From Iphione sp. A-MEVVRFRX5 (taxonomy: Eukaryota): a stretch of 64,000 nucleotides of DNA. Position 1 is the stretch's first letter. The number at the start of each line of letters is the position of its first letter. A program made the translations under genes and the position numbers. Positions 1 to 14,399 of this stretch are shown here, one piece after another. The notes under the pieces are model-generated. The model was not told where the DNA came from, searched no databases, and saw nothing but the letters and a program-made list of their open reading frames with translations. The stretch covers positions 13,888,001 to 13,952,000 of the forward strand of contig OZ320313.1 in the NCBI GenBank assembly GCA_976226885.1, given 5' to 3'.

Positions 1-468
1 ATGTGTCTATGTACATATTAAACTATATACATAATATCAGTGTTCATGTGTATACACTCTGTACATATCTGTGGGATAGATCTATTTCTGTCTCTCACTT
101 AGGTCGAAGCAAGTTCAAATCCATATATATATATATATTCATATATAAACACACGCGAAATCCTGTTATACTGGCTGGTCTCTGTGTATCAGTATGTGAC
201 AAGGAACACCAGATGGTCGCCCAGCATATCTGCTGACCAGGCTACCCAGGCGGGCTCTTTAATTCTGTTGGATCTGCAATAATTGGACGTGAAGAGCTAC
301 AGCAATGGAGGCCAATGCAGTGTCAACCGTTGTCTCTTCAGAAACCCATTCAGTCGCGAACGTCCTTTGTAGATCTAGTTAAGTACGGCGAGCGTCCTTT
401 GTAGACCGCGCGTTAAGTATGGCTGACATTTTGGGAAAGTCATGCATGTTTAAGTAAGTGTCCTCAAC

Positions 469-630
469 NNNNNNNNNNNNNNNNNNNNNNNNNNNNNNNN
501 NNNNNNNNNNNNNNNNNNNNNNNNNNNNNNNNNNNNNNNNNNNNNNNNNNNNNNNNNNNNNNNNNNNNNNNNNNNNNNNNNNNNNNNNNNNNNNNNNNNN
601 NNNNNNNNNNNNNNNNNNNNNNNNNNNNNN
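469..630. other. assembly gap (N run)
   Basis: 162 consecutive N; ORFs 379..762 and 458..664 only appear open because they read through it. Confidence 0.99.
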
Positions 631-1715
631 TAAGGGGTCTGCTGAGTACGGTTGGGAACTGTAGGCTATTTCAGGGCCCGATTTTTCGTGTGTTAGACCT
701 ACCGGGAGCGGAACATAATGGGATCGTAAATACAAGCAGAGACTGCTAGCATGACACTGCACTTAATGTGTATAAATCATTACCGAAAGGACCGGCCACA
801 TCAATACCAATAGAGATTTGATAAATACAATTCTTAAGACCATTTAACCAAATCCTCGGGTTACTCAATTCAACAGTGCAAGAAAGTTATTCATAGACAG
901 CAAATGCAGAAAATACCTATTTTTCACTGACAGACCCAGTCACATGAGAGACGAACCTTTGAAGGACCAAATTTATATTTACATCGCATGACAACCCCCG
1001 AAAGAGACCTATAAAAGAGGCTAAATCTGATGAGTTCCAGGCTTGGTCTCATTCACCAATTTCTGCTCTCCATAGTGTTAGGCCCAATTTCCATGTCCCT
1101 ATATGTCTGCTGTCCATTTTGTCCTAAGCGCAGCATGGAGACCAATTTTCCTTTCTAACAATAGGTTCCAAGCAAAGAAATTCACCATCTGTGTTATTTC
1201 AGGCAAAATACACCGGCGCATATGAGTCCGGGCTAAAGCCCAGATTTCTTGTGTCCTAAATTGCTGCCTGTATTTGTCCTGCAAAAAGATGACATGGAAG
1301 TAGTGTTTCCTTCATTTGGTTGCACCCTATTGAAAGAAACATGGCATCCCTGCTGTTTCAGGGCAATAAATCGCACACCTAGAAAAGGGGGCTAAAGCAG
1401 CACCATTTACTTCTCTCTCATTTGTCAGGGAGAATCTACAAAAAGTCGATTCTGTTAGAAAGAATCGCCGCCCGTCCCTGTTTATCTAAATGCCTGCACG
1501 GCTCAGTGTGCATATATCCCTCTGTTTGAATACCAAGAGTGGTAAATGTCCTCCCCAGGCCTGAATGTCTGACCACCCACGCTTCCGCACCAGGACAACG
1601 GCCGTAGACGACGAGCCAGTCGTTCTTTTAAAGTGGACAGGTACAAATCGTGGTGCAAGGCATCCTCCCTGCAGGGTGGAGCTACTCTCCGCGTATTGTT
1701 TCGGTTTGAACCTCC

Positions 1716-2100
1716 GCTGAGATAGCTGAGTTTCCACACAGGTATAAACGGTTATTACCGCATTTGATATATAAGTATACATATATATGGCATTGACTCT
1801 GTCATTATTTTCTATTGTCTTGTTATTACATTAACTCATGCTTGGCTGAAAGGGAAAACAATTAATTCAGTGAGATCATCAATGACCAAATCAAGAATGG
1901 TTGGTATGAACTTCTGCTGAGAGACCTAAAGTTTCCACACTTATGTGCACGGTTACAAGACATATGCTATATATATATAGATGTACATCATTAATGCTGC
2001 TATTATTAATTGTTTATTATCTTGTTATTACATTAACTCATGCTCGGCTGAAATGGAAAACAATTAAGTCAGACAGATTACCAATGGCCAAATCAAGATC
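1716..2100. repeat. diverged tandem duplication, ~200-bp unit x2
   Basis: tcttgttattacattaactcatgct.ggctgaa..ggaaaacaattaa..cag and caatg.ccaaatcaaga occur at ~1818 and ~2020; agtttccacac at ~1729 and ~1931. Confidence 0.75.
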
Positions 2101-3450
2101 AGCTTTTACAAACGCAAACAAGTCCGTAATAAGCTTTCTGATTGACAGGGCTGAACAGAGCTTTGACTACATGGCCGTGGCAAAAGTCATCAGAGAACCC
2201 CATTCATTATCACTAAAACGCACATTTTCAAACAGCTTGATTGTTTTACACTGTTTTCAACAACATTTCAATAGCTGTTATCCCCCCCCCCCACACACAC
2301 AAACACACACACACACACTTCCCCAATGAAGTACGCATTTTCGCTCTGTAAAGTATTACTATTCCATTGTCAATTTCTTTCATCCATAGAAAATGGTGTT
2401 AGAAAAATCCCATCACAAATGATAGGATTTCTCAAAGCTGAAGGGGTGTCTCCGCGACAAAGATTGGAGAATATTAACAGTGATTAATTATGGATAACAT
2501 TTTGTCAGTTTCGCTAATAATGAATAACATTCTGTCAGTTTGAATCACAGCACAGGAAAACATGAACACGTTTGTCCAATGCGATCCCAGGAGATTCCGA
2601 TGGGGCAACCAAATTATTGTCAATTAGGAGTGCATAAATCTTGCACAATTTTGCGCACTGGGGACGTTTATTTAAGTTACGGCAGCAGAAGCAGATTCCC
2701 GAACAAGCTTTACAGACGCTTAAAAGGAGGGAATCTCTTTTTTGGCGGCGGTGGCGTCAAAATATCTATACGGGTTCAATTAAATGTAAACTACCAGTGA
2801 TCTGTCAGTGTGTACCGAATCTCTGTGTCTAGTGATTTCATGCCCGCACATTATCTGTACACCTAGATGATTCACTACATCAAGAGTACCAACATACGGG
2901 AAATATTTTGGATGTGTGTGTCTGTGTACAGACGGACTTCGCTACTATGGATAGAGGAGGGACTTTATAGATTGTGTCCGTAGTAGAGGGTGTCTGCAGA
3001 AGGACATTAAACATGATATACAGGGCTCAAATAGTCATGACTCTGCTATGTAGAGTTATCTCCATAGAGGGGGTCGTCCACTATGTCCGTTTATCCTTTA
3101 AGGGCCAGTTTCCATAACCTTCATTGGTGTCTGTGCATTTTGGATGAGTTTTGGACGCGCTGTGTGCGTTTTTTTATAGATCATGTTGATTCTAATGGAT
3201 CGTGTCTAATAGGTGCACATGCATCTGTTGAGGTGTGTTAGGCATTCGTTGACCACTGCCCAATAATTTGCGCAATGCCCAATGCAAACAGACATCAACA
3301 CACACCAATACATTGCTATTTCTTCATATTTACTCATTTTTACTATTTTAATTCACAATTCCCTGCCATTTATGCACACTTACACATTTACCCACACAAC
3401 CGTCCTTTTCTGTACTTTTTCCAATGATTTTCAGCATTTTCACAGTGTAC

Positions 3451-3605
3451 AGCATCATATTTGTCCTTGTTTTTATCATTTTTCTCCCATAATTTTCACC
3501 TTTTTGTGCCGATTAGCATCATAATCGTCCCTTTTCATCGTTTTCCCCATCATTTTTGCAATTTATGTGGCTTTTAGCATCATATGTGTCCTTTTTCATC
3601 ATTTT
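3451..3605. repeat. degenerate tandem repeat, ~62-bp unit x2.5
   Basis: agcatcata..tgtcc/cgtcc..ttt.atc.ttt recurs at 3451, 3515 and 3576. Confidence 0.6.
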
Positions 3606-6128
3606 CGTTATCATTCATGCGCACAAAGGCACTGTTCACAACACACCTCGAAAGACACCCCTTCTCTGGGTAGGAGGCTGGGTAGAAGGCAAAACGCATG
3701 TTACCGCACACGGATGGCAAACACGTGTGAAAGCCTTAGTCTTCTCATTATGAGAGCAAAACTAATCACACGTCGTCAGCGGAGACCTTGAAATGGAGGA
3801 CCATGTGATGATCGCGCCCCGCCTACACATTTGGCTGCAAATGACATGTGATAGGAACGTGGTAGTACAAGTTCATGTTGGCGGCGGGGGGGGGGGGAGA
3901 ATCTCATGAGGATGATTATCCAGACGTGCCAGATAGTTGCCAGGTTGGTAAGTTGCCTAAGAAAATAAATAACCGAACCTGTGCAGACCAATCGGAATGT
4001 AATATTTTTCGAACGGTATTGTCTAGATTTAGATGGACGTGACGTGAGACGCTTCGTATCCAAACTATAGTGAAAATCTAGATTCCAGACAACCTCCTCA
4101 ATCAGGCCATCTCATGCGATATAGCCACGAAAAAGGATGAGTTATGTTACTGTCTTAACTTGCTAATGCTCACACACTTCAGGACAACCTTCACTATGGG
4201 TTGTTTTAACTTGGATCCCTTGCCTTCCGGTTTAGAGAGTTTTTGAAGAGATCGTTGCCCTACTGCGTTTGGGATGAAGTCGAGCCGAGAACAGAGTAAA
4301 TTGCACACCTTGGATGAAACCACTGGGAAATGTCAATAGTCATTTCAAATACATGTATATGGGTAAAATTAATTGAACTTTGCCCCCAAACCTTACCAAC
4401 ACAGATAAGTGCACCTGAAAACGTAATCCATGAGAGGAATTCTTCTTTGCGGTTGGTGAAGTGTGTGTATGATAAATTCATTGGAAACTGATTTGTAATC
4501 ACGACACATTTGATTAGCACCGAATAATTTATATCTTCTAACCCCCGCCCTTCCTATGTGGGAGCATATGAGCACATGTCAGACAGATATGGGTACAAAA
4601 TGGGCATAACTTACTGACTCGATGAGCTTTCAAACATCACAGTCTTATATCCTACAAATCAGGAAGAAGGCATTATGCGTTTGCGGGATAATTGAAATTG
4701 TCTTGACTGGATGAGCATTCAAATACCATACTCTTTCATTCTATATAAATCAAGGAGGAATGCATATCATGGTTTATGGGATAATCGAAATTGTTTTAAA
4801 CATGCAACTTCAATTACTCTGTGAAACGTTATCCTGCCGACAGGACCTTTAAACAAAGTAATTAATCCCTATCACGAACCAGCCCGGTAGCCTGCTAAGT
4901 GCTAATTCCATTATCATCAACCGCGATCACTTTATAGTCTGGAATAAAAAGGACATCCAGTTATGACTCGGCAAATTAATAACCGCAACAGTTCTACCAG
5001 ACAACACGGGCATGAATCAAAGGTAGGGGGGGGAGAGGAGGGACAATCTTGACTCCGTTAATGAAACATCCGGACTGAGATTCCCTAGAAGGATGATCTA
5101 TGGACCGATGCTAGGCCATAAATGGGTAAATGAAAGCTCGCCAGGCCGGCAGAGTAGCGGCGGACCCGGAAACAGCCGAACAAACAAAAGTTAATGACTG
5201 GAAACGAGGGATGGGGGAATCCGAGTAGGCCGAAGGGGGGGGGGGGGCTTGGGTTGGTGGGGGGAGGAAAGGGGAGACTGATAAAAGGGCAACATTACAA
5301 CCTGGCAACATGGCAGCTGGGTGGCAGGTCATATTGAAAACTCGACAGCAAGCGTCGGAGGGGCGGGAGAGGGTAATGGTTAGTGTCATGACATGGGGAG
5401 GTGGGGACCGGTTAGGGGCGTGGGGAGTTATCAACGTTGTTCGTTAACGATTGCACAATAGAAATTAAAGAAGAAGGCTAAGGGCAAAGTTCCGTGTGCT
5501 GGTAATTTGCCTTTTGGTTTCTTCTGGAAAGAACCTGGGCACCACGGTTTTTTTAAAAATGAAACTTGTCCCAAATGAAAGAAATACAATGCGTTGTTTC
5601 CGCAAAATGCAGGGGAAAACAAATAAGGGTCTGTGAAAACCGGAGCTAAGCTTCAATTAACGGATCGCAAAAGTGTCAATGACACCGTTACAACACTTAT
5701 GTTTATCGTTTTTTCAGGCAATGTCTGGAAATACTGCAAGCTGATTAGTGGATTCTCTATTATGACATAATACATGTAAATGGTAAAATTGTTTGTTGTA
5801 ATGGTATCTGGTGATATGTTCATTCAGTGCAGAATAGTTTGCTCTCTGTCTCTCACGGAAGCAGCACAGATCCTGCATTTCTTTGACTAGAGCTCAATCA
5901 AAGAAATACAGACTCCATGTTGCTTCGAAAGAAAAACGGTTAGGAAGCCCCAGTGCCTAGAAATTAAGGATAGGGGTACTTTTTAAAATCTGTCTGTGGA
6001 AGTACATACTATGGTATTACAGTATTTACTCATTGCCTGTTTATGTAATTTTGGCATTTGTCTCTGCTATGTGGTATTACCGTTCCAGACTTTTGCACCC
6101 AGCCTGCCAATGCCGGGTTATACAAGTA

Positions 6129-6294
6129 CAGTCGAACCTCATTAACTGGACACCCTCTGTCACATCGATGTTTGTATGGATAACAGATTTTCTGGTTAAT
6201 GAAACAAGAAAACATTGACAAAAATACATTTATTCCTCAAGTTGCACCTGGTTCAGGCAGGTTTCTGAATAATGAGTCTCGACAGGTTCGACTC
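6129..6294. mobile_element. Tc1/mariner (pogo/Tigger-like) MITE
   Basis: TA|cagtcgaacct ... aggttcgactc|TA: 11-bp terminal inverted repeat with one terminal mismatch, TA on both sides, no ORF. Confidence 0.75.
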
Positions 6295-6324
6295 TATATA
6301 GTACACTGTACTACTGCAGACACT

Positions 6325-6472
6325 GAAGGGACTGTCATCATTGTGTCCACAGTAGGGGTGTCCTCAGTGGCTAGGCAAGGTCAAACATAAAATAGGAGGT
6401 TGTTTTGGACAGTTTGTGTCCGTAGTAAAGAATTGGCTACAGTAGACGATGCCCGCTATGAGGGGTTTACTG
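6325..6472. mobile_element. right-end fragment of a Tigger-like MITE; related fragment at ~2950-3085
   Basis: ends in gaggggtttactg|TA (CAGTAAACC-type terminus); shares agggact...attgtgtcc..agtag.gggtgtc..cag with 2953-2998. Confidence 0.45.
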
Positions 6473-7687
6473 TATGCGTTTAGTGAAAACCCTATTTACG
6501 ACCATCTCTTAGGGCCGAGCTCAAGTGGTCGCATTGGTGAATTTGGTAGCAAATCAATAACTGTTAATCATAGAGATCAATACTTTGGTTCCCAGCAAAA
6601 ATGGTCAGGAATTTAATTTGGTTGGAAATCAATGTGGTTGGAAATGGAGTTTCAACTGTACTATATATATGTATATCGACCTTATAAAAAATACTGAACC
6701 ACCAAACATTTCATGCACATGTGGCCAGGTGCAGGGACATTCTATTGCACTCCTGTGTAATCTGTGTAATCCTGTTCAGCAGGAAATTTTTAATCTTCAG
6801 GAAATATTAATGATGCGGAATTTAGTACACGATTGCAGTGCCTACCAGTTACAGTTACAGTTGTGGGGTGACGTATTGACGACGTCGGGGCCTCACTGAT
6901 TAGGCAGCCCAATGCTTGAACGCAGCAGCGTGTGCAGTGTACCGAGGTGCACGTGCACTCACCCCCTCTCGCCAGGGTTACAGTGGGCTGGGATTCCCAC
7001 CGGTGTGCTACGCGTAGTCTTTGCCAGCCGAGGCTGGACTTGGTGTGGTGATGGTGTCACTCGAAGGTCGAGGATAGACAGTGCCTACCAAAATCCGTGT
7101 CAACATAAAAAGGGTAACTATTACTTAATATCCTATTCTGTTCTGATTTATGTGATTTTCAGCCGATGCTGAATTGGATTATGAGCCATATGAGAGGACT
7201 GCACATTGTAACGATAGGGATAGGGGTAGAGGAGGTGAGCTGGTCACATTGTGTAATATCTTTGAGCTGCTCATTTCCAGAGCAGTTGGAGCCCTGAGCA
7301 ATCTTCGTCACATTATTGCAGTACACCCCATACCAAGGCATTTAATGACAGTAGAAGCCTGAATTCACATTAAAGGGCCCTGAGTGATTCCATTTCGAAT
7401 GAATTCTACGTGTGTCGATGGCTATTTGTTTGTCTTGCAAAGATCGGAGAAGCGAAAATCACATTTCTTCTCTAATTCCGGAAAATATTTGTCAAAATTG
7501 TTTGTCGTATTTATAAATGAATTTTCCCGACAAAGACGGAGCACTGCCTCCATTTCATCCCCGCCTGATTGGTCAATAAAGCTTTCAGGCCTGCAAAAGG
7601 ATAGGAACCAAAAAGCATTGCGAAATAGACCAACGGGCGTCTGTGGCTGGCAAATGATGGAAAATCTCCCCCGAAGTGACTGAGTTG

Positions 7688-7824
7688 TTGGGCTCTCCGT
7701 CCACCTCGCCCTCCCTCTGACCTACCTACCCCGGAGAATACATATCGACAGGCTGTCCAATAAGGCTCTTACCTTCCTCCATAGGAACCTTGTCCCCTGC
7801 ACTTAGGCTTGGCTTACCCTTGGC
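7688..7824 (+). mobile_element. decayed non-LTR retrotransposon (CR1/L2/Jockey-like) ORF2 C-terminal fragment
   Basis: 7738-7824 translates IHIDRLSNKALTFLHRNLVPCT*AWLTLG, resembling the post-RT pattern HI...KA...LGFLRRNL..C....AY.TL; LG and SDL lie just upstream in other frames; stop and frameshifts present; recognised by eye only. Confidence 0.4.
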
Positions 7825-8198
7825 TTCGGGCAGAGTCCTTCAGACTTGCTGCTGTGGCTTTCCCTGGCCCGAAAACCTGCGGTCGGCCCGCACAAGCAGG
7901 ACTCATTATGCTACCAATTGCCTTTGTTTTCAAGCGCCCAGACTTCACCTGCATCAAGGAGACTGAGCCAATTTCCGCACGGATGCGCCTTTTGCCCCCG
8001 TCAACTGTTTGTTGGCTCGATCCTTGACGTGTTTGTAGTCGACGTACAGTTTTTTTTTATAAAAAGATAAGGAGGATATGGCTTCCGCTCAGCAAGCTGG
8101 GTTAATGCAAAAGACATTCAAACAACATAACGACAAGCCATGTCCGTTCATAGTAAAACACTGCATATAACCAGGATTTTTTACGCAGTAATAAATAC

Positions 8199-8533
8199 TA
8201 GCTTCACTAGCGGAAAACATCACCTGTGGTTAACATAAGGAATTTGCACAAGATTTGGTCGTTTAGGGGATAGATGACTGTTATGCATAAACATGTTAAT
8301 TTATTATTTTGCTTCATTATTAGTTTAACCACATTTAACCTGGCCACACAAAATATTAGCTTCACTAGCTTAACAATAGGACCTGCGGTTAACATTAGGA
8401 ATTTGTCTAAGATGTGTTAAGGGATGGTTTTATACGTGTTTGCCATCTGTGTGCGTTAAGGGATGGTTGACTGTTATGCTAAAACATGTTAATTCATTGT
8501 TTTGCTTCATTGTTAGCTTAAGCACATTTAACC
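8199..8533. repeat. tandem duplication, ~158-bp unit x2, second copy with an internal insertion
   Basis: tagcttcactagc at 8199 and 8357; both copies contain acctg.ggttaacat.aggaatttg and gactgttatgc..aaacatgttaatt and end in cacatttaacc. Confidence 0.85.
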
Positions 8534-11500
8534 CGGAATAACGTCATCATGGTTCAATTGGAGAGAATGATCTAACTCTTGTATTTCATTGAACTTCGAC
8601 ATATAAACTCACACAAGTCTATGAAAACCAGCGTTCTCTAATTTGCTCACTGTCGCGCATATTATTTTAATAATCATACCCTTTATCAGCGGGTTTCAGA
8701 TATACACACACCATATGTCTAACATTTGAAAAGAGGAGATTAGCGTTTTGAGATGTGGACATACTGGCCTTAGTTTAGCATTAGAAAGATCCACGTTCAT
8801 ACCTTACATCGTGTTTGTCAATTTGCATAGTTGACTTACTCAACGAATAAGAGATATCACATTCCAGAATACAAAACAGAGTAAAATTTGCCTCTGATAA
8901 CTCGATCACAGGTCCATAATCTTGATTGAAAAACAAATGAAGTAAGCTATGGGCATGCGCAGTTCACAGCTCGATAAGCTGAGAAAACACGACTGAAAAG
9001 CTTCAGACCAACTGGATTTGAAAGTTACTCCCTTCGGTCATACTCTCCTGGGAATAAGATCCATGACACAGTACACCAACTCTGACGTAAGAACAGACCG
9101 AGCTGAACAAAAGAGCTAATGGCAACTTGTTGGAAAGGGCAGTCAGATAGTTGATCAAGTTGAGACATTCGGTGGAGTGAGGCATGGAGCTCAATAAGAA
9201 TAAGTGCCCAGTTTCGTTGCCAGAAATGAAATGGAGATCCCCCATCCCCCACCCCACCCCAGACGCCCTTGTAAGGTAGCCGCACTGCTCTTTGGTCTTC
9301 GCAGGGAGCCTCCTGATATTCGTCGATGTAATATTTCACTGGATCTACCTTTTAATAAATAACCCGAGGAGGGTCTGACCGGTGGTGGTAGTAGGGGGTT
9401 TTGGTGGGGGGGGGGGGTTAGTCTGGCGACTGAACGGGTGCTACGGGTGTAAGACTGATGTGCTCAGGCCGGCTTTGCTATGGACTGCCTATTGATTACT
9501 GCCCGCTGACTGTGACCAGCTGATAGATCACACGCGCTGTCTGTGGAGTGGAGTAGATGGCTCAGTCCATCGGCGGGCTGGCTGGCTGGCCGCCCACCCA
9601 CCCCCCCCACCCCCCACCCACTATTCCTCTTCCACGTACACACACCTGCCACCACCCGGGCCAATCGGTACGGATGGGCCAAGGCTAAGGAGAGCTAGGC
9701 ATATACACACACATTCCCAGAAACACACACATACATGTATATACATAAACCAGCGTAAACACACTCACATACACTTACACTTATATATATGTCAGCACGA
9801 AAGGGGAAAATGAAAGATAGGAAAAGACAGACACAAAGACAGACAGGCAAAGTCTTCAGAGGGGTTCTTTCTCTCTTGACATTTTTTTTATCGTAAAAGA
9901 AAATGCAATCCAAGAAAAAAAATAGTAAACAGGTTTGGGAGTATGAGAAAACCCCCACTAAGACAAAAAAACAGCAGTGAGATCAACTTCTCTGCCAATG
10001 CTCTCAAGTTGTCGATGTTAATAACTTTACGCCCCCGCTGAAATCGTTTTCTTCTATTCATTTGCAGCCTTAAGTTGGCAGCCGTCTTCCTACTCCAGTG
10101 ATTCAGTTTGTCTTTCCATCACGCTAATCACCATATTTGCGTTTCGGCAGCCGGCATGGAATGTCGACTCCAATGTCACAGACATGGCTTTCGCTTTATT
10201 TATCTATTTATTTGTAGTGGAAAATTAGGACCTTTTCTCCGGCCTCCGATGTTGTTATACGAGAACTGCACTCAGACTAGATTCTTTTCATTTATTTTTT
10301 AATTGGTTTGACTGCTTGCATCGCCAGCGGTAACTACAGGTGCACTACATGGCAGACAGCAGAGACCGGAATTATGACTCGCAACACATCCCGAATTACT
10401 CAGGGGGAAGACCTCTTCAAGCATCATACCGGTACCATACAAGGCTATCCAGAAACCAACCTACTGACAAATCACATGAGATTTCCTTGGAGGTAACCAA
10501 TTAGGATGGTGCATAGAAAATGGTGCCAAGCCAACCGGGATACGAATAAGTAATGTCCACCCGGATGTCAAAAGGATCTACAAATGCTGCTACAGACATT
10601 TGAGCTGAAACAAAAATAATTCTTAAGACACAAATTGAAGGCATGAATGGCCCATTTGTGACAAATGTGGTTAAAATCTGCTCAGTATTTTTTAAGTTAG
10701 GATTCAAGGATGACCATATCAATCCTAGACAAATAACATTTTGTCCTCCCTTACCTGTCCGTGGCATTAACAGTTGGATGGAGCTTGACTACCGAAAAGT
10801 ATAATTGTTTAATGTGCTTAAAACAGTTCAGTAGACATCATCCGTCAACACATAAAAATGACGAACAGCATGAACTTTCCAAGCTGACAAATGTACCTTA
10901 TTAAACAAGAGTCTAATTTCCTGAGAAAAGGTTATAGGGGCTGTAAACATGGTGGCCGTCATATTAATGTGTTAAAAATAAATACAAGTATTAAAGTAAT
11001 AATACTTTCAATAGACTGGTGATCATTGTAGTTCATGTAGCTGCAGAAACCTACACAATTGATCTGATCCTGTAAGCAGTTTATGAGCAGAGTGAACTTT
11101 ATCCGGAACTTCGTGAATGGCATAATGCAGACACTCTCGAAAGACAGGTATTAAACAATCCAGAACCACTGATTTTAAGTTTAATTATGCAAGAACTTCT
11201 TCAACAACAAACCATCAGTCTCCCAGGCCCCCTGTGTTTAACCCTAAACGGGTGATGAAATACACTTTGCATGGCCTGTACTAAGATACAGTCACAGATA
11301 AAAACATATCCAGGAAGCAGAAAATTAAAAAAGAAACATGTTGACTGTGGTGGTTCTGGATACATCGATGTATAAATTCAGCGAGACAGAAATCTGTAAA
11401 GGTGAAATTTTACGCGATGCCACAATGGACCAGCAGTCAACGTATTCTCATATATAGAAACCTGAATATATTTTGTTTTAAAGTGAATAACATCTGTCTA

Positions 11501-11861
11501 GTTCCACTTGAATGAAGAAATTAAAAGTGATCATTATAATAATTATGATAACACAGTTAAAAACTCGCCTTACTCCACTTTGACACACACATGTACTTTC
11601 CTCCTGTGGTTTTTCCATGAGGACCTCGGCAGTTCATTTGAAACTTGTGCCAGCCTCCACCTCGTCACCTTCACCTGTTTTTACTGTATTATCTTTTCCA
11701 TCGACTCAGAGCAGGTGGCTCCCTAGAGTGTCATAGACCCCACTTTTTAATTGACGCAACTCTAGCGGGATTAACAAGAGCTGCAGCTGTCTTCAACCCA
11801 AACAGAATGATCAGGTACGATATGGGTGGCACATCTGTATGTACCGTGGACTCCCTGGTAA

Positions 11862-12120
11862 GGCACTGTTCACATATAACCGGACTAAAATTCCAGCCCC
11901 GTGTGTGGATGCGGGCAACCCCCCTGCAGAGAACTGTTTGGTATTGCATTCTATAGAAATCCATGTCCAGGTCTGGAGTTTTTCCATGTTTCATGGAAAA
12001 AATTCCGCACCTTTGTGCAGATACAGAAACATCTGCATGTATGTGAACACCAACAATAGATAAGCATAGGCTGGAGAAATATCTGCTCCCATCTGGGGAT
12101 GGCTGTATGTGAACAGACCC
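11862..12120. mobile_element. PIF/Harbinger-type MITE
   Basis: TAA|ggcactgttcacata ... tatgtgaacagaccc|TTA: ~15-bp imperfect TIR starting GG, TWA-type flanks that differ on the two sides. Confidence 0.65.
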
Positions 12121-14216
12121 TTAAGGACGACCAAACATAGTGAGCAACCCTCACAGGCATAAAGATCCCCAGAACAATACAAAAACTCTGTATTATGGAC
12201 ACAATCATCAACGTCCTCCCTGTGTCCACAGCGGAGAGGATCCACTGCACTTTTATATATTTACGGATCAGATTCACCTGTTCAAGATCGACTTTCATGT
12301 TCTCAATACGAACGCATTTATTTTCATGATGATCAGTAGGATGGCAGTATGATGGACACCTAAATATCATTATTACCTCAATTACAAAATGTATTAAGCA
12401 TTTCGCTTCGCTCTGATACCGTCCTTTCGGGGGAAAACTAGCCCTCTCGGTGTCTGCATTCCCGAGTGCGAAGAAAGAGCCTAAATATAAAAAAAGTGAA
12501 GGGAAATAAGCAGAAGCATACGGAGACATCTGCAAGGGGAAGACCAAATCACACATAACAACAAAAGATGAGATCTCAGCATGGCTTTTCCTGATCGCCA
12601 CAACGATTTTGAAAGCAGTGTATTTAGCCACAGGAAAAGTCAATAACGTAATGAATTATGCACTATGTATTTGCTGAATGTCGAAAGGGGACACCATTTT
12701 TCATGTTCTACGGCAGTTATAGCCGTCAACTGAATTTCCTCTCAGATAAAAACATCAACTTGCATGATAGATTGGTGTGAGACGTGCCGTGGACGGTAAC
12801 GCCTTTGTTGGATATAGAGAATGGAGTAATTGTATGTTTTCCTGATCGTGCAAGCGAGCAAGAACTATCAGATCAGTATGAATGTACATGGGTATGTGTT
12901 TCATTGTCACTCAAACCTGGGTTCTCCTATGACTGATGACACTGGTGCCCAGATAAGATGGAACAGTGACTCTAAATTGAATGAAAAATCGATACGGCTG
13001 TTTAAAAAATCATTTGAACCAAGCTACCATTCAATGCAAAACCTCGACAGCAGTGCATCATGGTAAATATCCATGATGCTTACAAGCCGTCCCTATTTCA
13101 TTTATTCAACATTTACCTCTAGTGATATGACATTTTGATTGGTACTCTCAAATGTGATGTGAGTTGGGCCCACAAACAAACAAACCTGCACAGCACGGCA
13201 GTCGTAGGAAATCCTGTTGGTAATATTGTAGATTGATTTCAGTGCTCTTGGATCCATAAAATGATAAATTAAGAATAATTGCATATTAGTCTACGCTTTT
13301 ACCAAACAATTCCAAAGACATCAGCAGCAAAGAGTAACTAGATGAGCCCTACACGTTCTCTCGTTTGTTTGTGCTTGAGGCCCCTGTCCATCACAATTGG
13401 TAGTGGCGAAAAGCGAAAGGTGAATTCCACCTTTACAGCCGGCATGGCTCTCTTAACAGCAGAACCTTCGCACATGTGCGTAGACAATAATGTACATGTA
13501 TATCTTCGTCCTTGGTGGTACGTAGAAAAATGCTTTGTGCGTATAATTTTGTGTGCATGTGTCGGCTGGTGATGGTAAGAGAGAATTTCTCTAACTGAAT
13601 GGGAAAATTTGTCCTTGTGTGTGCGCCTGAGGGTACTATGTATATGTGCATGCAATGAAATCTGCTATATTTCAATGAATTTTTATAGGCTTTCCATGTA
13701 TGATTTTTTCCCGGTCGTTATGTTGAAGTGAATTGGAGCAGATACTTCTGTTCTAGGGTGTATGAGGGTATGTCCATGTTAACATATGTAACACAATAGA
13801 CAGGGCAACCCTTAGGGGCCACTTTGGTGACTTTTATCAGCGTATATCACACTTCCTGGTTATGTACTTTATACAGGCAAGTCTGTGAGCAAGCGATTCT
13901 TCTTCCTGGATGTATATCCGTGTACAAAATATTGAAACATATGGGTAGCAGCTAGTATATCCCTCATGTCTAGTCTTCCCACATGTCCCAGCCACATATT
14001 TGATACTAAAATATGTGCACATGTACATTGAAAACCTACCTTTTGGAGCAACAGGAACTTTGTACACACATACATTCACTCTCTATTTGCTTCTACGCAG
14101 TATCTTGTTATGTGCTTCTAGCCTTTTCCCACACACTGAGATGTATGTATATATATATTGAATGTAGTGCACACGACAAAGAGATTTAATTTTTTTGTCA
14201 GTACATTACAGATCAC

Positions 14217-14220
<4 letters not shown>

Positions 14221-14251
<31 letters not shown>
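14221..14251. repeat. (CA)n microsatellite
   Basis: pure CA run; similar runs at 14521-14554, 56349-56395, 54180-54199 (GT) and 58342-58366 (GT). Confidence 0.95.
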
Positions 14252-14252
<1 letters not shown>

Positions 14253-14399
14253 ACTCACCATGTGCCTATTTAGAGCCATACTGAACGAAGATGGAAGTGA
14301 AAATGTCGTCCCCTACACCCACCCACCCGTTATTATTACCCACAATTATCCACGTTTTACGGATTAGCAATATCGTCTTCCCTTCTCTAGACTCCTGTG

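Noticed and set aside
379-762. 127-aa ORF and PYLTR motif near the first gap (possible LINE 3' end)
   Set aside because: The ORF depends on the N run, and the motif is too short and locally duplicated to support a call.
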